From positions 88,138-152,137 of the forward strand of contig DGTP01000014.1 in NCBI GenBank assembly GCA_002394335.1: a stretch of DNA of 64,000 nt. Direction: 5' to 3'. The position numbers were made by a program, and so were the translations under genes. The stretch is from Bacteroidales bacterium UBA4333. Its GTDB lineage: Bacteria; Bacteroidota; Bacteroidia; Bacteroidales; Paludibacteraceae. Of the stretch, positions 49,417 through 57,070 are shown one piece after another (position 1 is the first letter of the stretch; each line of letters starts with the position of its first letter). The notes under the pieces were generated by a model, which was not told the origin of the DNA, ran no database searches, and saw only the letters and a program-made list of their open reading frames with translations.

Positions 49417-50751
49417 ATGGCTTCTTTTCCTTTAGACAAACAACTGGTGGATTCGGTCTGCGGTCAGTTCGGACTGCGCAATTTCCATGAGTTGGGCACC
49501 GCCTCTATCCGCCAACTCGTGGGAGTAGTCAAGGACATAGAGAAAGCCACCGGCGTGGAGTTCGTGCATATGGAGATAGGTGAACCCGGTTTGCCCGCCG
49601 AACAGGTGGGTATCGAGGCCGAGCACCAAGCCCTCCTTAACGGCTGCGGCTCCCATTACCCCAATATTATCGGTATTCCTGAGGTCAAACATTGGGGAGC
49701 GGAGTTTCTCCGTGCTTTTGCCAATATCGACCGTCCCGATGAGTGTATCCTGCCTACGGTGGGATCGATGCAAGGGGCTTTTGCCCTTAATATGATGATC
49801 TCCCAGATAGACGATAAGAAGAATACCATTCTCTTCATCGATCCCTGTTTCCCGGTGCAGAAGATGCAATGCCGTGTTATAGGCACCAAGGTGGAGGCGT
49901 TTGACCTTGTTGATCATCGCGGCGAAGACCTGCGTGCCGAACTGGAGCGGCATTTCCAAACGGGACGCATCGCAGCCGTGCTCTATTCCAATCCTAACAA
50001 CCCCTCCTGGATGTGTCTCACCGAGGAAGAACTGCAGATCATCGGTTCGCTTGCGACCGAGTATGATGTTATTGTGCTGGAGGATTTGGCTTACTTTAAT
50101 ATGGACTTCCGCGATTCTGGCCGCGGCGTGCCTTACCATGCTCCATACCAGCCGTCCGTGGCGCACTATACCCATAATTGTGTCCAGCTTGTGTCCTGCT
50201 CCAAGATGTTCAGTTATGCTGGTCAGCGGGCCGCTTTTGTGGCTATAGATCCTGTTCTGGCACACCGCACCTTCCCTGCGCTGGCTGAACGCCTTGGAAA
50301 CAGAGGCGAGTTCCTGCAGGCTTTTGCTTATTATTTTCTCTATGCCCTCTCCAGCGGTGTATGCCATTCCGTGCAGTATGGTATGGCAGCGATGCTCCAG
50401 GCGGCGTGCGAAGGCAGGTTACGCTTTGTGGATCATACACGCGAGTATGAACACCGCGCTGCCAAGATCAAAGAGATACTTCTCCGTAACGGTTTCCATA
50501 TCGTCTATGACAAGGACGGTGAGATACCTGTGGGTGACGGATTTTTCTTCACTTTCGGTTATCGCGACTGGACAGGAGAGAAACTGGTGAACAAACTCAT
50601 CTATTACGGAGTCTCCGCCATCGCGCTCTCCTCAACCGGAGCATCGCGCCAGGGAATGCGCGGATGCGCTTCCGCTATACGCGAAGACCAGTACGATGAA
50701 CTTGACCGACGCCTTGCCAAGTTTAACGAAGATTTTGCCAATATCTCATGA
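49417..50751 (+). CDS. PLP-dependent class I/II aminotransferase
   Basis: YSNPNNPSW and SCSKMFSYAGQRAAF (SxSK...GxR PLP-lysine signature). Confidence 0.8.
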   Translation: MASFPLDKQLVDSVCGQFGLRNFHELGTASIRQLVGVVKDIEKATGVEFVHMEIGEPGLPAEQVGIEAEHQALLNGCGSHYPNIIGIPEVKHWGAEFLRAFANIDRPDECILPTVGSMQGAFALNMMISQIDDKKNTILFIDPCFPVQKMQCRVIGTKVEAFDLVDHRGEDLRAELERHFQTGRIAAVLYSNPNNPSWMCLTEEELQIIGSLATEYDVIVLEDLAYFNMDFRDSGRGVPYHAPYQPSVAHYTHNCVQLVSCSKMFSYAGQRAAFVAIDPVLAHRTFPALAERLGNRGEFLQAFAYYFLYALSSGVCHSVQYGMAAMLQAACEGRLRFVDHTREYEHRAAKIKEILLRNGFHIVYDKDGEIPVGDGFFFTFGYRDWTGEKLVNKLIYYGVSAIALSSTGASRQGMRGCASAIREDQYDELDRRLAKFNEDFANIS

Positions 50752-52046
50752 ATTACCATTATGTAACCCCTCAGGAGGCAGTCCGGCACGTCAAGTCCGG
50801 CGACACCATCGTAGTGCAAGGCTCTACTTCTATCCCGACAGTACTGCTCAATGCGCTTACGGAACGGGCTCCCGAACTGAGAGATGTCAAACTCATCTCC
50901 GGTTTCGGCGTGCACCCGGAGGATGCACCTTATGCCAAACGTGAGTTGATCGACTCATTCCGGGCTCTCTCAATCTTTGTGCCTAACACCTTGCGGCGTG
51001 CGATGAAAGAGGGTGTGGCGGATACCATTCCCTGTTTCTTAGGCGAAGTGCCGAGTCTCTTCCGTAGCGGATTGGTGCCGGTAGATGTTACCTTTTTGAA
51101 TGTCTCGGAGCCGGACGACGAAGGCTATTGCTCGTTCGGTATATCGGCAGACATCGCTTTTTCGGGGGCGGAGTGCTCGAAGGTCATCATTGCGCAGGTC
51201 AACAAATATATGCCGCGTATGTTCGGCGATCCGGTTATCCATGTGAGCAAGATCACGGCGATGTGCCGTGGCGATGTGCCGTTGGTGGAAGTGCCTACGC
51301 CTGTGCCTAACGAGATAGAGACCAAGATCGGCAATTATGTAGCCTCCGAAATACCCGATGGTGCTACGTTGCAGATCGGTGTCGGAGGTATCCCTAATGC
51401 GGTTATCAACGCCCTGCGGTCACATAAACACCTCGGCTTGCATACGGAGGCGATCACGGATGGCGTTCTGCCGCTCATCGAGTCGGGCGTCATTGACAAC
51501 TCCTTGAAGGCTGTTTTACCCGGCAAGTCGGTAGGAAGCCTGGTACTGGGTTCACGGCATCTGTATGATTATGTGGACAATAATCGTGATTTCGTCATCC
51601 GGGATGTGGCGTGGACCAACGATCCGCAGATCATCCGCCAAAACCCCAAGGCAATGGCTATCAACTCCGCCGTCGAGGTCGATCTCACCGGACAGATCTG
51701 TGCCGACTCCATTGGCGAGACTATCATCTCCGGCGTGGGCGGACAGCACGACTTCATGTACGGCGCAGCACTCTCCGAAGGTGGTAAGTGCTTTATCGCC
51801 CTGCCCAGTATGACCAATAAGGGGAAGTCCAAGATCGTAGCGCGGCTGGCACCCGGAGCAGGAGTAGTCACTACGCGCTTCCAGGCGCAGTATATCGTTA
51901 CCGAACACGGTAAGGCTTTCCTGCGTAATCTGCCGCTGGCTGATCGTGCCAAAGCGCTTATCAAGATTGCCAATCCCTCTGTGCGCGAAGACCTTGAACG
52001 CGCAGCCGTAGAGCGGTTCGGTATAGGATTCTTGCGTCTCAAATAG
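50748..52046 (+). CDS. Acetyl-CoA hydrolase/transferase family CoA-transferase (4-hydroxybutyrate CoA-transferase-like)
   Basis: 432 aa, with LQIGVGGIPNAV and ISGVGGQHDFMYGA. ATGA overlap with the aminotransferase gene. Confidence 0.8.
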   Translation: MNYHYVTPQEAVRHVKSGDTIVVQGSTSIPTVLLNALTERAPELRDVKLISGFGVHPEDAPYAKRELIDSFRALSIFVPNTLRRAMKEGVADTIPCFLGEVPSLFRSGLVPVDVTFLNVSEPDDEGYCSFGISADIAFSGAECSKVIIAQVNKYMPRMFGDPVIHVSKITAMCRGDVPLVEVPTPVPNEIETKIGNYVASEIPDGATLQIGVGGIPNAVINALRSHKHLGLHTEAITDGVLPLIESGVIDNSLKAVLPGKSVGSLVLGSRHLYDYVDNNRDFVIRDVAWTNDPQIIRQNPKAMAINSAVEVDLTGQICADSIGETIISGVGGQHDFMYGAALSEGGKCFIALPSMTNKGKSKIVARLAPGAGVVTTRFQAQYIVTEHGKAFLRNLPLADRAKALIKIANPSVREDLERAAVERFGIGFLRLK

Positions 52047-52076
52047 GATGGAAGGCAATCCTTTCTCTTGAATACA

Positions 52077-52109
52077 AAAATAGCAGGGCTACCGCAGTCC
52101 TGCTATTTT
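52077..52109. terminator. Bidirectional terminator between convergent genes, overlapping the last codons of queE
   Basis: aaaatagcagg / cctgctatttt form an 11-bp stem with A-tract and T-tract arms and an 11-nt loop. Confidence 0.6.
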
Positions 52110-52748
52110 GTGTAACTGTACACTGAGCCGCCAGAACGGGTGGGCTAAGATGTATCTTACAGTCTCGTCTAAGTTGTCGTTGCGGTCGTCTTCCCATTCG
52201 TCGATGCCGCTCTCCAGAAGCCATTCGCCGGTGTATCGCAGCGGCTGTAGCATCCAGTGCTCGGCTTCAAGCCGGCTGCGCCAGATCTCCGGGTCATAGG
52301 TGCCGGTAAAGACCACCTTCACCTCATTCACTTTTCTGAGTGCCAGAGGGGCAGGATGACTTTCTGCTTCCGGTTTTCTGCTTTCGATCATTTTCGGCGA
52401 ACATGTGATCCAGTCAATCCCGTCGGGTAGGGGATGTGTGCCGTTGGTCTCGATACAGATATAAAAGCCGGAATCATGCAGGGCTTTGACCAGTTCAGCA
52501 TCGACTTGCAGCGAAGGTTCTCCGCCTGTGAGTACCACCATTTTGCGGCGTTCGTTCGCTACATCGTAGAGCCCCGTTATTTCCGCTATGATAGCATCTG
52601 CATCCATTGTGCTGTATTCCGCAAACTCGGTGTCGCACCACGGACAGCGGAGGTTACATCCGCTGAAACGGACGAACACAGCCGGAATACCGCTGTGCGC
52701 ACCTTCCCCCTGCAGGGTGTAGAATATTTCGTTAATCCGATAAGTCAA
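52089..52748 (-). CDS. queE: 7-carboxy-7-deazaguanine synthase (radical SAM)
   Basis: EIFYTLQGEGAHSGIPAVFVRFSGCNLRCPWCDT. Confidence 0.9.
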   Translation of the reverse strand: MTYRINEIFYTLQGEGAHSGIPAVFVRFSGCNLRCPWCDTEFAEYSTMDADAIIAEITGLYDVANERRKMVVLTGGEPSLQVDAELVKALHDSGFYICIETNGTHPLPDGIDWITCSPKMIESRKPEAESHPAPLALRKVNEVKVVFTGTYDPEIWRSRLEAEHWMLQPLRYTGEWLLESGIDEWEDDRNDNLDETVRYILAHPFWRLSVQLHKIAGLR

Positions 52749-52768
52749 ATCCTCAAATCTTCAAATTC

Positions 52769-53104
52769 TCAAATATCTTTTTCATAGATGGCGGTGTTGC
52801 CTTCGGACTCCTGTACCGACACTTTGTAGCAGTTCTCCACGTGGTCGCATATCCAGCGGGCGATATTCTCCGCCGAAGGATTTACATCCAGTACCTCGTT
52901 GATATACTTGTGGTCGAAGGTTTCTTTGACCACCTTCTTGATGTGCGTGAAGTCGGTCACCATGCCGTCTTGGTTCAGTTCCTGGGCTTTGCAATAGACC
53001 ACGATGATCCAGTTGTGACCGTGCAAGTTCTCGCACTTGCTTTCGTATGACAGCATCAGATTGTGTGCAGCCGAAATCTCTATTCTTTTTTCTACGTAAT
53101 ACAT
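52769..53104 (-). CDS. queD: 6-carboxytetrahydropterin synthase
   Basis: 111 aa, with CENLHGHNW and HKYINE. Confidence 0.9.
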   Translation of the reverse strand: MYYVEKRIEISAAHNLMLSYESKCENLHGHNWIIVVYCKAQELNQDGMVTDFTHIKKVVKETFDHKYINEVLDVNPSAENIARWICDHVENCYKVSVQESEGNTAIYEKDI

Positions 53105-53121
53105 GAATTTAGTTAAATTAT

Positions 53122-53775
53122 CTAATTCTCATAGATTGTCTTATCTTCTATACCGGCTTGTGCGAGTGCTTCTTTGCGCTCCCGGCATGTGCCGCAAACG
53201 CCGCAGTGGTGTTCTCCTCCTTTGTAGCAACTCCAGGTCTCCGAGTAGTCCATCCCCAACGCTTTGCCGTGCATGGCTATCTCTGCTTTGGTCAGATGGG
53301 TGTAGGGTGTAAGCAGTTCTACGCCATTCCATGTACCGGCGTGTACGGCTTTGTTCATCGCCTCTACAAACTCCGGCCGGCAGTCTGGATAGATGGTATG
53401 GTCGCCGGCGTGGTTTGCCAGCATGATATACTGCAGTTTGTTGTTCTCTGCCATGCCTGCGGCGATGGAGAGCATTATGCCGTTGCGGAAAGGTACGACG
53501 GTGGATTTCATGTTCTCTTCGTCGTAGTTGCCTTCAGGAATGGCATCTGCTCCCTCCAAGAGCGAGGATTTGAAGAAGTCCTTGATAAACGGCAGTTTGA
53601 TCTCTATGTGGGCGATGCCTAACCGCTCGCAGTGCATCTTAGCAAACGCGATCTCGCGGTCGTTATGATTGCTGCCGTAGTGAAATGAGACAGCCAAAGC
53701 GATGCGGTCTCGGTATTCGTATAACATCGTCGTCGAGTCCAACCCGCCGGACAATACGATTAAACTATCTTTCAT
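53122..53775 (-). CDS. queC: 7-cyano-7-deazaguanine synthase
   Basis: VLSGGLDSTT PP-loop and C-terminal zinc cluster CYKGGEHHCGVCGTCRERKEA. Confidence 0.92.
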   Translation of the reverse strand: MKDSLIVLSGGLDSTTMLYEYRDRIALAVSFHYGSNHNDREIAFAKMHCERLGIAHIEIKLPFIKDFFKSSLLEGADAIPEGNYDEENMKSTVVPFRNGIMLSIAAGMAENNKLQYIMLANHAGDHTIYPDCRPEFVEAMNKAVHAGTWNGVELLTPYTHLTKAEIAMHGKALGMDYSETWSCYKGGEHHCGVCGTCRERKEALAQAGIEDKTIYEN

Positions 53776-53807
53776 AATAATTTAACAGTTTAACGTCACA
53801 CAGTGAC

Positions 53808-54287
53808 CTATTTAACGTGCGAAGCACATTTTAACTGCTCTGAAAGCCGCTGCGCTTTGAGTGCCTCGTGTTCTTTGTCGGCGTAGTTCGCAAACGGATA
53901 GATGCTGATGCCGCCTCTGGGCATAAAATAGCCGGTAACCTCAAGGTACTTGGGGTCCATCAGTTTCACCAGATCCTTCATGATGATATTCACGCAGTCT
54001 TCATGAAAATCGCCGTGGTTTCGGAAGGAGAACAGGTATAGTTTGAGGCTCTTGCTCTCCACCATGCGCTCGCGCGGGATATAACTGATGTACAAGTGCC
54101 CGAAATCAGGCTGACCTGTTTTGGGGCATAGGGTGGTGAACTCCGGGCAGTTGAATGTCACCAGATATTCGTTTTCCGGATGTTTGTTGGGGAAAGTCTC
54201 CAGTACTTCGGGATTGTAGTTGTCCGAATACTGTACGTGTTGATTGCCAAGCAGGGTAACGCCCTGCAGTTCGTTTTCTGTTCGCAT
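53808..54287 (-). CDS. queF: NADPH-dependent preQ0 reductase (unimodular type)
   Basis: 159 aa, with [13 protein letters not shown] (catalytic Cys) and the QueF motif [16 protein letters not shown]. Confidence 0.9.
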   Translation of the reverse strand: MRTENELQGVTLLGNQHVQYSDNYNPEVLETFPNKHPENEYLVTFNCPEFTTLCPKTGQPDFGHLYISYIPRERMVESKSLKLYLFSFRNHGDFHEDCVNIIMKDLVKLMDPKYLEVTGYFMPRGGISIYPFANYADKEHEALKAQRLSEQLKCASHVK

Positions 54288-54327
54288 ATTGTTTTCAGTT
54301 TTTTAGGGAGGAAAAACAATAGCTCCC
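54288..54327 (-). promoter_or_regulatory. Candidate preQ1-I-like riboswitch / pseudoknot in the queF leader
   Basis: The minus-strand RNA reads GGGAG-CUAUUGUUUUUC-CUCCC-UAAAAAACUGAAAACAAU-AUG. It has a 5-bp stem, a 12-nt loop ending in C, and an A-rich tail like the B. subtilis aptamer tail CCUCUAUAAAAAACUA. Loop UAUUG is complementary to CAAUA, which ends in the A of the start codon. Confidence 0.4.
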
Positions 54328-54352
54328 GTGTTATTGTTAATTCTTCTGTGTT

Positions 54353-54377
54353 CAAAAAAAGGAGCCTTCAGCTCCTT
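54353..54377 (-). terminator. Terminator directly after tRNA-Lys
   Basis: Minus-strand AAGGAGC-UGAAG-GCUCCUU followed by UUUUU, 8 nt after the tRNA 3' end. Confidence 0.6.
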
Positions 54378-54385
54378 CTTTCTTG

Positions 54386-54458
54386 TGTCCCCCGAGAGGC
54401 TCGAACTCTCGACCCACTGATTAAGAGTCAGTTGCTCTACCAACTGAGCTAGGGAGAC
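54386..54458 (-). tRNA. tRNA-Lys (anticodon CUU)
   Basis: The reverse complement is GTCTCCCTAGCTCAGTTGGTAGAGCAACTGACTCTTAATCAGTGGGTCGAGAGTTCGAGCCTCTCGGGGGACA. It has a 7-bp acceptor stem, D-loop AGCTCAGTTGGTAGAGC, anticodon loop CT-CTT-AA and T-arm GGTTCGAG-like GAGTTCGAGCCTC. No encoded CCA. Confidence 0.92.
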
Positions 54459-54482
54459 GTGCTTGTTTTTCAAAAGCGGCTG

Positions 54483-54514
54483 CAAAATTACTGCTTTTTT
54501 TTGACATACGCAAA
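54483..54514 (-). promoter_or_regulatory. tRNA-Lys promoter (-33 TTTG, -7 TAATTTTG)
   Basis: Minus-strand TTTGCGTATGTCAAAAAAAAGCAGTAATTTTGCAGCC. The -7 box ends 25 nt before the mature 5' end. Confidence 0.65.
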
Positions 54515-54575
54515 TTTTTTTGCATTTTTTTGCATTTTTCTTCTCTTACTCCCGTTTTTTGGGAGTTTGATGCGC

Positions 54576-54583
54576 TATCTTTG
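54576..54583 (+). promoter_or_regulatory. -7 box TATCTTTG upstream of a mini-ORF
   Basis: gcgctatctttgcacc, 31 nt before ATG 54614. Confidence 0.4.
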
Positions 54584-54613
54584 CACCGGATTTGAAAAAA
54601 AAGGAGATTTATT

Positions 54614-54703
54614 ATGGAAAATTCTGTTAAAAATTTGGTGTACAGTTCGGTTTTGGTAGTAGCAATGTTTTGCATGGCATGGCTGATGCTTTGTATATCA
54701 TAG
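54614..54703 (+). CDS. Candidate 29-aa hydrophobic miniprotein
   Basis: Hand translation: MENSVKNLVYSSVLVVAMFCMAWLMLCIS. AAGGAG lies 7 nt upstream of the ATG. It is below the ORF-track size cutoff. Confidence 0.3.
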   Translation: MENSVKNLVYSSVLVVAMFCMAWLMLCIS

Positions 54704-55026
54704 AACGATTATGGATTACGGTTCATATCCCGCATACTATGCGGCTCTTCTTTGTATTCCGCCGATTGGCAATCGGCATAGACATTTGTTGTTTACGCGG
54801 GATACAATCCCGTATTTGGTCTCTATCTAACCATTAAGGGGGATTCTATCGGGATACCGGTATTCCGCTGTACCGCGATACCGGTTTTGTTCGCTCCTGT
54901 GCCTCTTCTTCGAATTACGTCGTCTAATTGCCGACACTTATCCGCTATTTTCTTTTGATTACCCTGCAAAATCCACTTTCTCCGCACATTCTCACTCATT
55001 TTCTTGCACATGTGCGAAAAAAGTAG

Positions 55027-55034
55027 TACCTTTG
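55027..55034 (+). promoter_or_regulatory. -7 box TACCTTTG embedded in a 9-bp perfect inverted repeat (55026-55049)
   Basis: gtacctttg-tagtcg-caaaggtac. Confidence 0.4.
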
Positions 55035-55061
55035 TAGTCGCAAAGGTACAATTCCGCTGCG

Positions 55062-55157
55062 ATGAATTATCAGCGGATAGTTCAGTTGCGACACCGCAAC
55101 GCTCATATTTTTACTGATGAGTCAATCCAAGAGAATATCAAGTCTGGCAGCTTATAA
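55062..55157 (+). CDS. Candidate 31-aa ORF, or part of a roughly 175-nt sRNA
   Basis: Hand translation: MNYQRIVQLRHRNAHIFTDESIQENIKSGSL. It overlaps two 6-bp hairpins (ccgctg/cagcgg, gttgcg/cgcaac). Coding status is uncertain. Confidence 0.2.
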   Translation: MNYQRIVQLRHRNAHIFTDESIQENIKSGSL

Positions 55158-55183
55158 TCATTACGAATAAGATTGGCAAGCGT

Positions 55184-55219
55184 CAGTGCATACTTCGGTA
55201 TGTACTGCTTTTGCTTTTT
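55184..55219 (+). terminator. UUCG-tetraloop terminator (better on the plus strand) abutting the stop of the convergent 179-aa gene
   Basis: cagtgcatac-ttcg-gtatgtactg (10 bp, one G-U) followed by cttttgcttttt. Confidence 0.55.
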
Positions 55220-55220
55220 C

Positions 55221-55760
55221 TCATATCTTGGCTACTAATGTGAGGCCGTTCTTGCCACCGATGGCATAGCCTTCGTAGTCGGCATCTCTCGTATGCAAAT
55301 GATCCACTATCAACGCTTGATCTTGCGCTATCGTGCGGCAGAAGAACGTGTCGCAGGCATGCAGCTTGCTGTTGACGGCTTCCTCCACGCGCCATCGGTA
55401 GTCGCCCAAATAGCTCAACACACAAACGCGGTTCGGTAGCCACGCAATACGCACGCGGTCGCCCTTTTGACATTCATCAGCATGAATAGCATTTGTATGG
55501 ATGAAGTCCGATTCTTCGTTCGCTTTTGCGTATTGTTCCAACACGCGCGCTGTGCTTTGCCGAACGGAAGAATAGCCTTTCTTGTAACCCCAAATACGGC
55601 TGAGGGTGTCTGGACTGAGTCGTTCTCCTGTTGCACGCAATATAGATATACTCAGTTCTCCGAAATCGGCAGGAGTTGCCGGAACATGTCCAAAACGCGC
55701 TTCAACTGCCTTTTTCAGTTGGCAGATGGCGATACTATTTGTTTGAAAAGAAGTGTCCAT
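55221..55760 (-). CDS. Hypothetical cytoplasmic protein, 179 aa
   Basis: Clean ORF, divergent from the kinase gene. I recognise no motif; the N-terminal about 85 aa are helical and basic (possible HTH). Confidence 0.6.
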   Translation of the reverse strand: MDTSFQTNSIAICQLKKAVEARFGHVPATPADFGELSISILRATGERLSPDTLSRIWGYKKGYSSVRQSTARVLEQYAKANEESDFIHTNAIHADECQKGDRVRIAWLPNRVCVLSYLGDYRWRVEEAVNSKLHACDTFFCRTIAQDQALIVDHLHTRDADYEGYAIGGKNGLTLVAKI

Positions 55761-55775
55761 TTCTCAAAAATTGTG

Positions 55776-55783
55776 CAAAATTA
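55776..55783 (-). promoter_or_regulatory. -7 box TAATTTTG for the 179-aa gene
   Basis: Plus strand caaaatta, 16 nt from the ATG. Confidence 0.4.
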
Positions 55784-55791
55784 TAAAATTA

Positions 55792-55823
55792 TTTGCACAT
55801 ACACAAATTTTTTTGTACTTTTG
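55792..55823 (+). promoter_or_regulatory. Promoter of the kinase gene (-33 TTTG 55792, -7 TACTTTTG 55816-55823)
   Basis: atttgcacatacacaaatttttttgtacttttgcactc. Confidence 0.55.
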
Positions 55824-55831
55824 CACTCTTA

Positions 55832-57037
55832 ATGGATACTAATTCGTTCACATCGGGTCCTATCCGTCTGCTTAGTTCGCAAGAATTAGGTGCAAATCAC
55901 CTTACGGATTATGAATTGTTGTCTGACTCCGGGCACAATCTGATTTATCGTGTGCAAATGGGCGGCAAATGGGTTGTACTGAAGGCTGCCAAACCCACTG
56001 AAGGCGAACGAACCCGCAATCAACTCCTGTTGGAGCGTGAGTTTGAGATCATGCATCGTCTGGACTCAATCTATGTGGTTCAGACGATAGCCATGGTGGA
56101 CGACCCGCAGTTAGGCCGCTCCATTCTGATGGAATATGTCCATGGGCGTCCGTTAGACCGGTTTATAGCGGAGAATCCTTCTGCTGCGGAGCGCCGCCGC
56201 GTAGCGGACGAACTGATGGAGGCGTTGGTTTTCCTGCATGACCGTCAGGTAGTGCACGGCGATTTGAAGCCGAGCAATATCCTGATTACCGATTCGGGCA
56301 ACCATGTCCAGTTGATTGATTTCGGTTTTTCGGACAATGAAGCATTCATCGCTAAGAATATCGGAACATCGCCGTCGATCAGTTCGCCGGAACAACTGCC
56401 CACTGATGTTCTAAAACCCGAACGGGACATCTATGCGTTAGGTAAGATACTTGCGCTCCTTTTCCCACATTCATCAATCCATCAATCCATCATTTCATCA
56501 ATTGTTCGCCGGTACACCTCAGTCCGCCAGGTCCGCTCTGCGCTCCATCGTTATTGGCGAATGAGGTGGTTGCTGCCGATGCTCGCTTTTTTTGCTATTG
56601 CGGCAGCTTGTTTGGTTTGCTTCCGGCCGCAGCAACAAGAGGTTTCCCCTGTTGTCGAGTACCATACGGATACGGTCGTTGTTATACAGCCTGCGCCGCC
56701 GGCGGTGGATTCCGTATGGTTGAATGTAAAGAGTAAGGCAGCCGGACGATACAAGGCGCTGTATCGCTCCTATGCCGATTCGATTAAGAACATGCCGAAA
56801 AAGATTCACAATGATGCCTTAGCTATGACAAGTCGCTATGCTAATCAGATGCTACAAACGCGAGATAAATTTGCGAAGTCCTATCCTCAATATGAGGAAC
56901 AATTGTATGATCAATACCTTTTTATCTATAGCCGGGACCTCCCGCGCTTGGAAATCATCTATAAAGATTATCCGATAATGCATGTCAACCTCAACGGTGA
57001 CACAACTTTTATTCCACAAAAGCCGCTTTCCGAGTAA
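55832..57037 (+). CDS. Membrane-anchored Hanks-type Ser/Thr protein kinase
   Basis: WVVLKAAK, HGDLKPSNILI, LIDFGFS. TM helix WLLPMLAFFAIAAACLVCF, then a 135-aa C-terminal domain. ATG 55832 lies downstream of the promoter box. Confidence 0.85.
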   Translation: MDTNSFTSGPIRLLSSQELGANHLTDYELLSDSGHNLIYRVQMGGKWVVLKAAKPTEGERTRNQLLLEREFEIMHRLDSIYVVQTIAMVDDPQLGRSILMEYVHGRPLDRFIAENPSAAERRRVADELMEALVFLHDRQVVHGDLKPSNILITDSGNHVQLIDFGFSDNEAFIAKNIGTSPSISSPEQLPTDVLKPERDIYALGKILALLFPHSSIHQSIISSIVRRYTSVRQVRSALHRYWRMRWLLPMLAFFAIAAACLVCFRPQQQEVSPVVEYHTDTVVVIQPAPPAVDSVWLNVKSKAAGRYKALYRSYADSIKNMPKKIHNDALAMTSRYANQMLQTRDKFAKSYPQYEEQLYDQYLFIYSRDLPRLEIIYKDYPIMHVNLNGDTTFIPQKPLSE

Positions 57038-57070
57038 TACTTCTCAAACATTTAACACTCATTCATTTGT

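Noticed and set aside
55100-55115. tRNA-like fragment (ggatagttcagttg resembles a D-arm).
   Set aside because: No acceptor, anticodon or T-arm can be built around it.
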